This document shows positions 63,410 through 64,000 of a stretch of 64,000 nt of DNA, piece after piece. Where the stretch lies: IMG/VR virus record IMGVR_UViG_3300023235_000008, positions 166,060 to 230,059 of that record; one strand, 5' to 3'. Below the pieces are notes generated by a model. That model worked only from the letters and a program-made list of their open reading frames with translations, was not told the origin of the DNA and searched no databases. The first letter of the stretch is position 1. Each line of letters opens with the position of its first letter. A program made the position numbers and the translations under genes.

Positions 63410-63600
63410 GAAATGGAATGCATACCGATGCATATGGCACCAAACAATGGTACTTTAATGGTGAACGACATAGAGAAGATGGTCCTGCGAGTGAATGGGA
63501 TGATGGCACCAAACAATGGTACTTTAATGGCAACCTAGTAAACATGGAAGATGTTATCACCGATCCAAAAGAACAGTTCTGGTGGAAGTTAAAATCATGA
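63406..63600 (+). CDS. HRxDGPA repeat protein C, 1 repeat
   Basis: ATGA overlap; same caps. Confidence 0.75.
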   Translation: MRNGMHTDAYGTKQWYFNGERHREDGPASEWDDGTKQWYFNGNLVNMEDVITDPKEQFWWKLKS

Positions 63601-63932
63601 AAACAGATGGAATGCATACCAATGCATATGGCACCAAACATTGGTTCTTTAATGGCAAAATACATAGAGAAGATGGCCCTGCTATTGAATGGGATGATGG
63701 TAGCAAATTTTGGTACTTGAATGACAAACGACATCGAGAAGATGGCCCTGCTGTTGAATTTGCAAATGGCACCAAACATTGGTTCTTGAATGATAAACTT
63801 CATAGAACTGATGGCCCTGCTATTGAAGATGCAAATGGCACCAAAGTTTGGTACTTAAATGGCAACCTAGTAAACATGGGAGATGTTATCACTGATCCAA
63901 AAGATCAATTCTGGTGGAAGTTAATATCATGA
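63597..63932 (+). CDS. HRxDGPA repeat protein D, 3 repeats
   Basis: ATGA overlap; same caps. Confidence 0.8.
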   Translation: MKTDGMHTNAYGTKHWFFNGKIHREDGPAIEWDDGSKFWYLNDKRHREDGPAVEFANGTKHWFLNDKLHRTDGPAIEDANGTKVWYLNGNLVNMGDVITDPKDQFWWKLIS

Positions 63933-64000
63933 ATGTAGATGGAATGCATACCAATGGAAATGGCACCACCCGTTGGTTCTTGAATGGCGAACGACATAGA
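63929..64000 (+). CDS. HRxDGPA repeat protein E (runs off the window)
   Basis: MNVDGMHTNGNGTTRWFLNGERHR. Confidence 0.75.
   Translation, partial: MNVDGMHTNGNGTTRWFLNGERHR

Noticed and set aside
62727-64000. Diversity-generating retroelement target/template repeats
   Set aside because: Differences are not adenine-restricted, all copies are coding, and no reverse transcriptase lies in the window

Overview
Segment of a large T4-like (jumbo) myovirus genome read in the standard genetic code. 1-7928: baseplate/virion genes on the minus strand. 7957-18559: sigma70-driven early genes, including an RNA-repair/translation set (Rnl1-type RNA ligase, PNK-type kinase, metallophosphoesterase, YqeY, and a 56-aa ArfA homolog missing from the ORF track). 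19283-31568: a tRNA array covering all 20 amino acids, interleaved with unexplained structured RNAs, two HDV-like (theta-type) ribozymes at tRNA 3' ends, and four tRNAs interrupted in the anticodon loop. Two of those inserts (Leu-TAG 82 nt, Val-TAC 80 nt) are homologous, show compensatory base changes and look like an undescribed mini-intron family. 32506-38863: tail/baseplate genes. 38962-49715: intein-containing late sigma factor, gp47/gp46 and accessory enzymes. 49720-50270: large non-coding structured region. 50272-61752: putative tail chaperone with a -1 slippery site, tape-measure-like gene, intein-containing portal, prohead genes and major capsid protein. The window ends in a GIY-YIG endonuclease and an array of modular HRxDGPA-repeat genes. 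All calls were made by eye without database searches; coordinates were counted by hand and may be off by a base or two.
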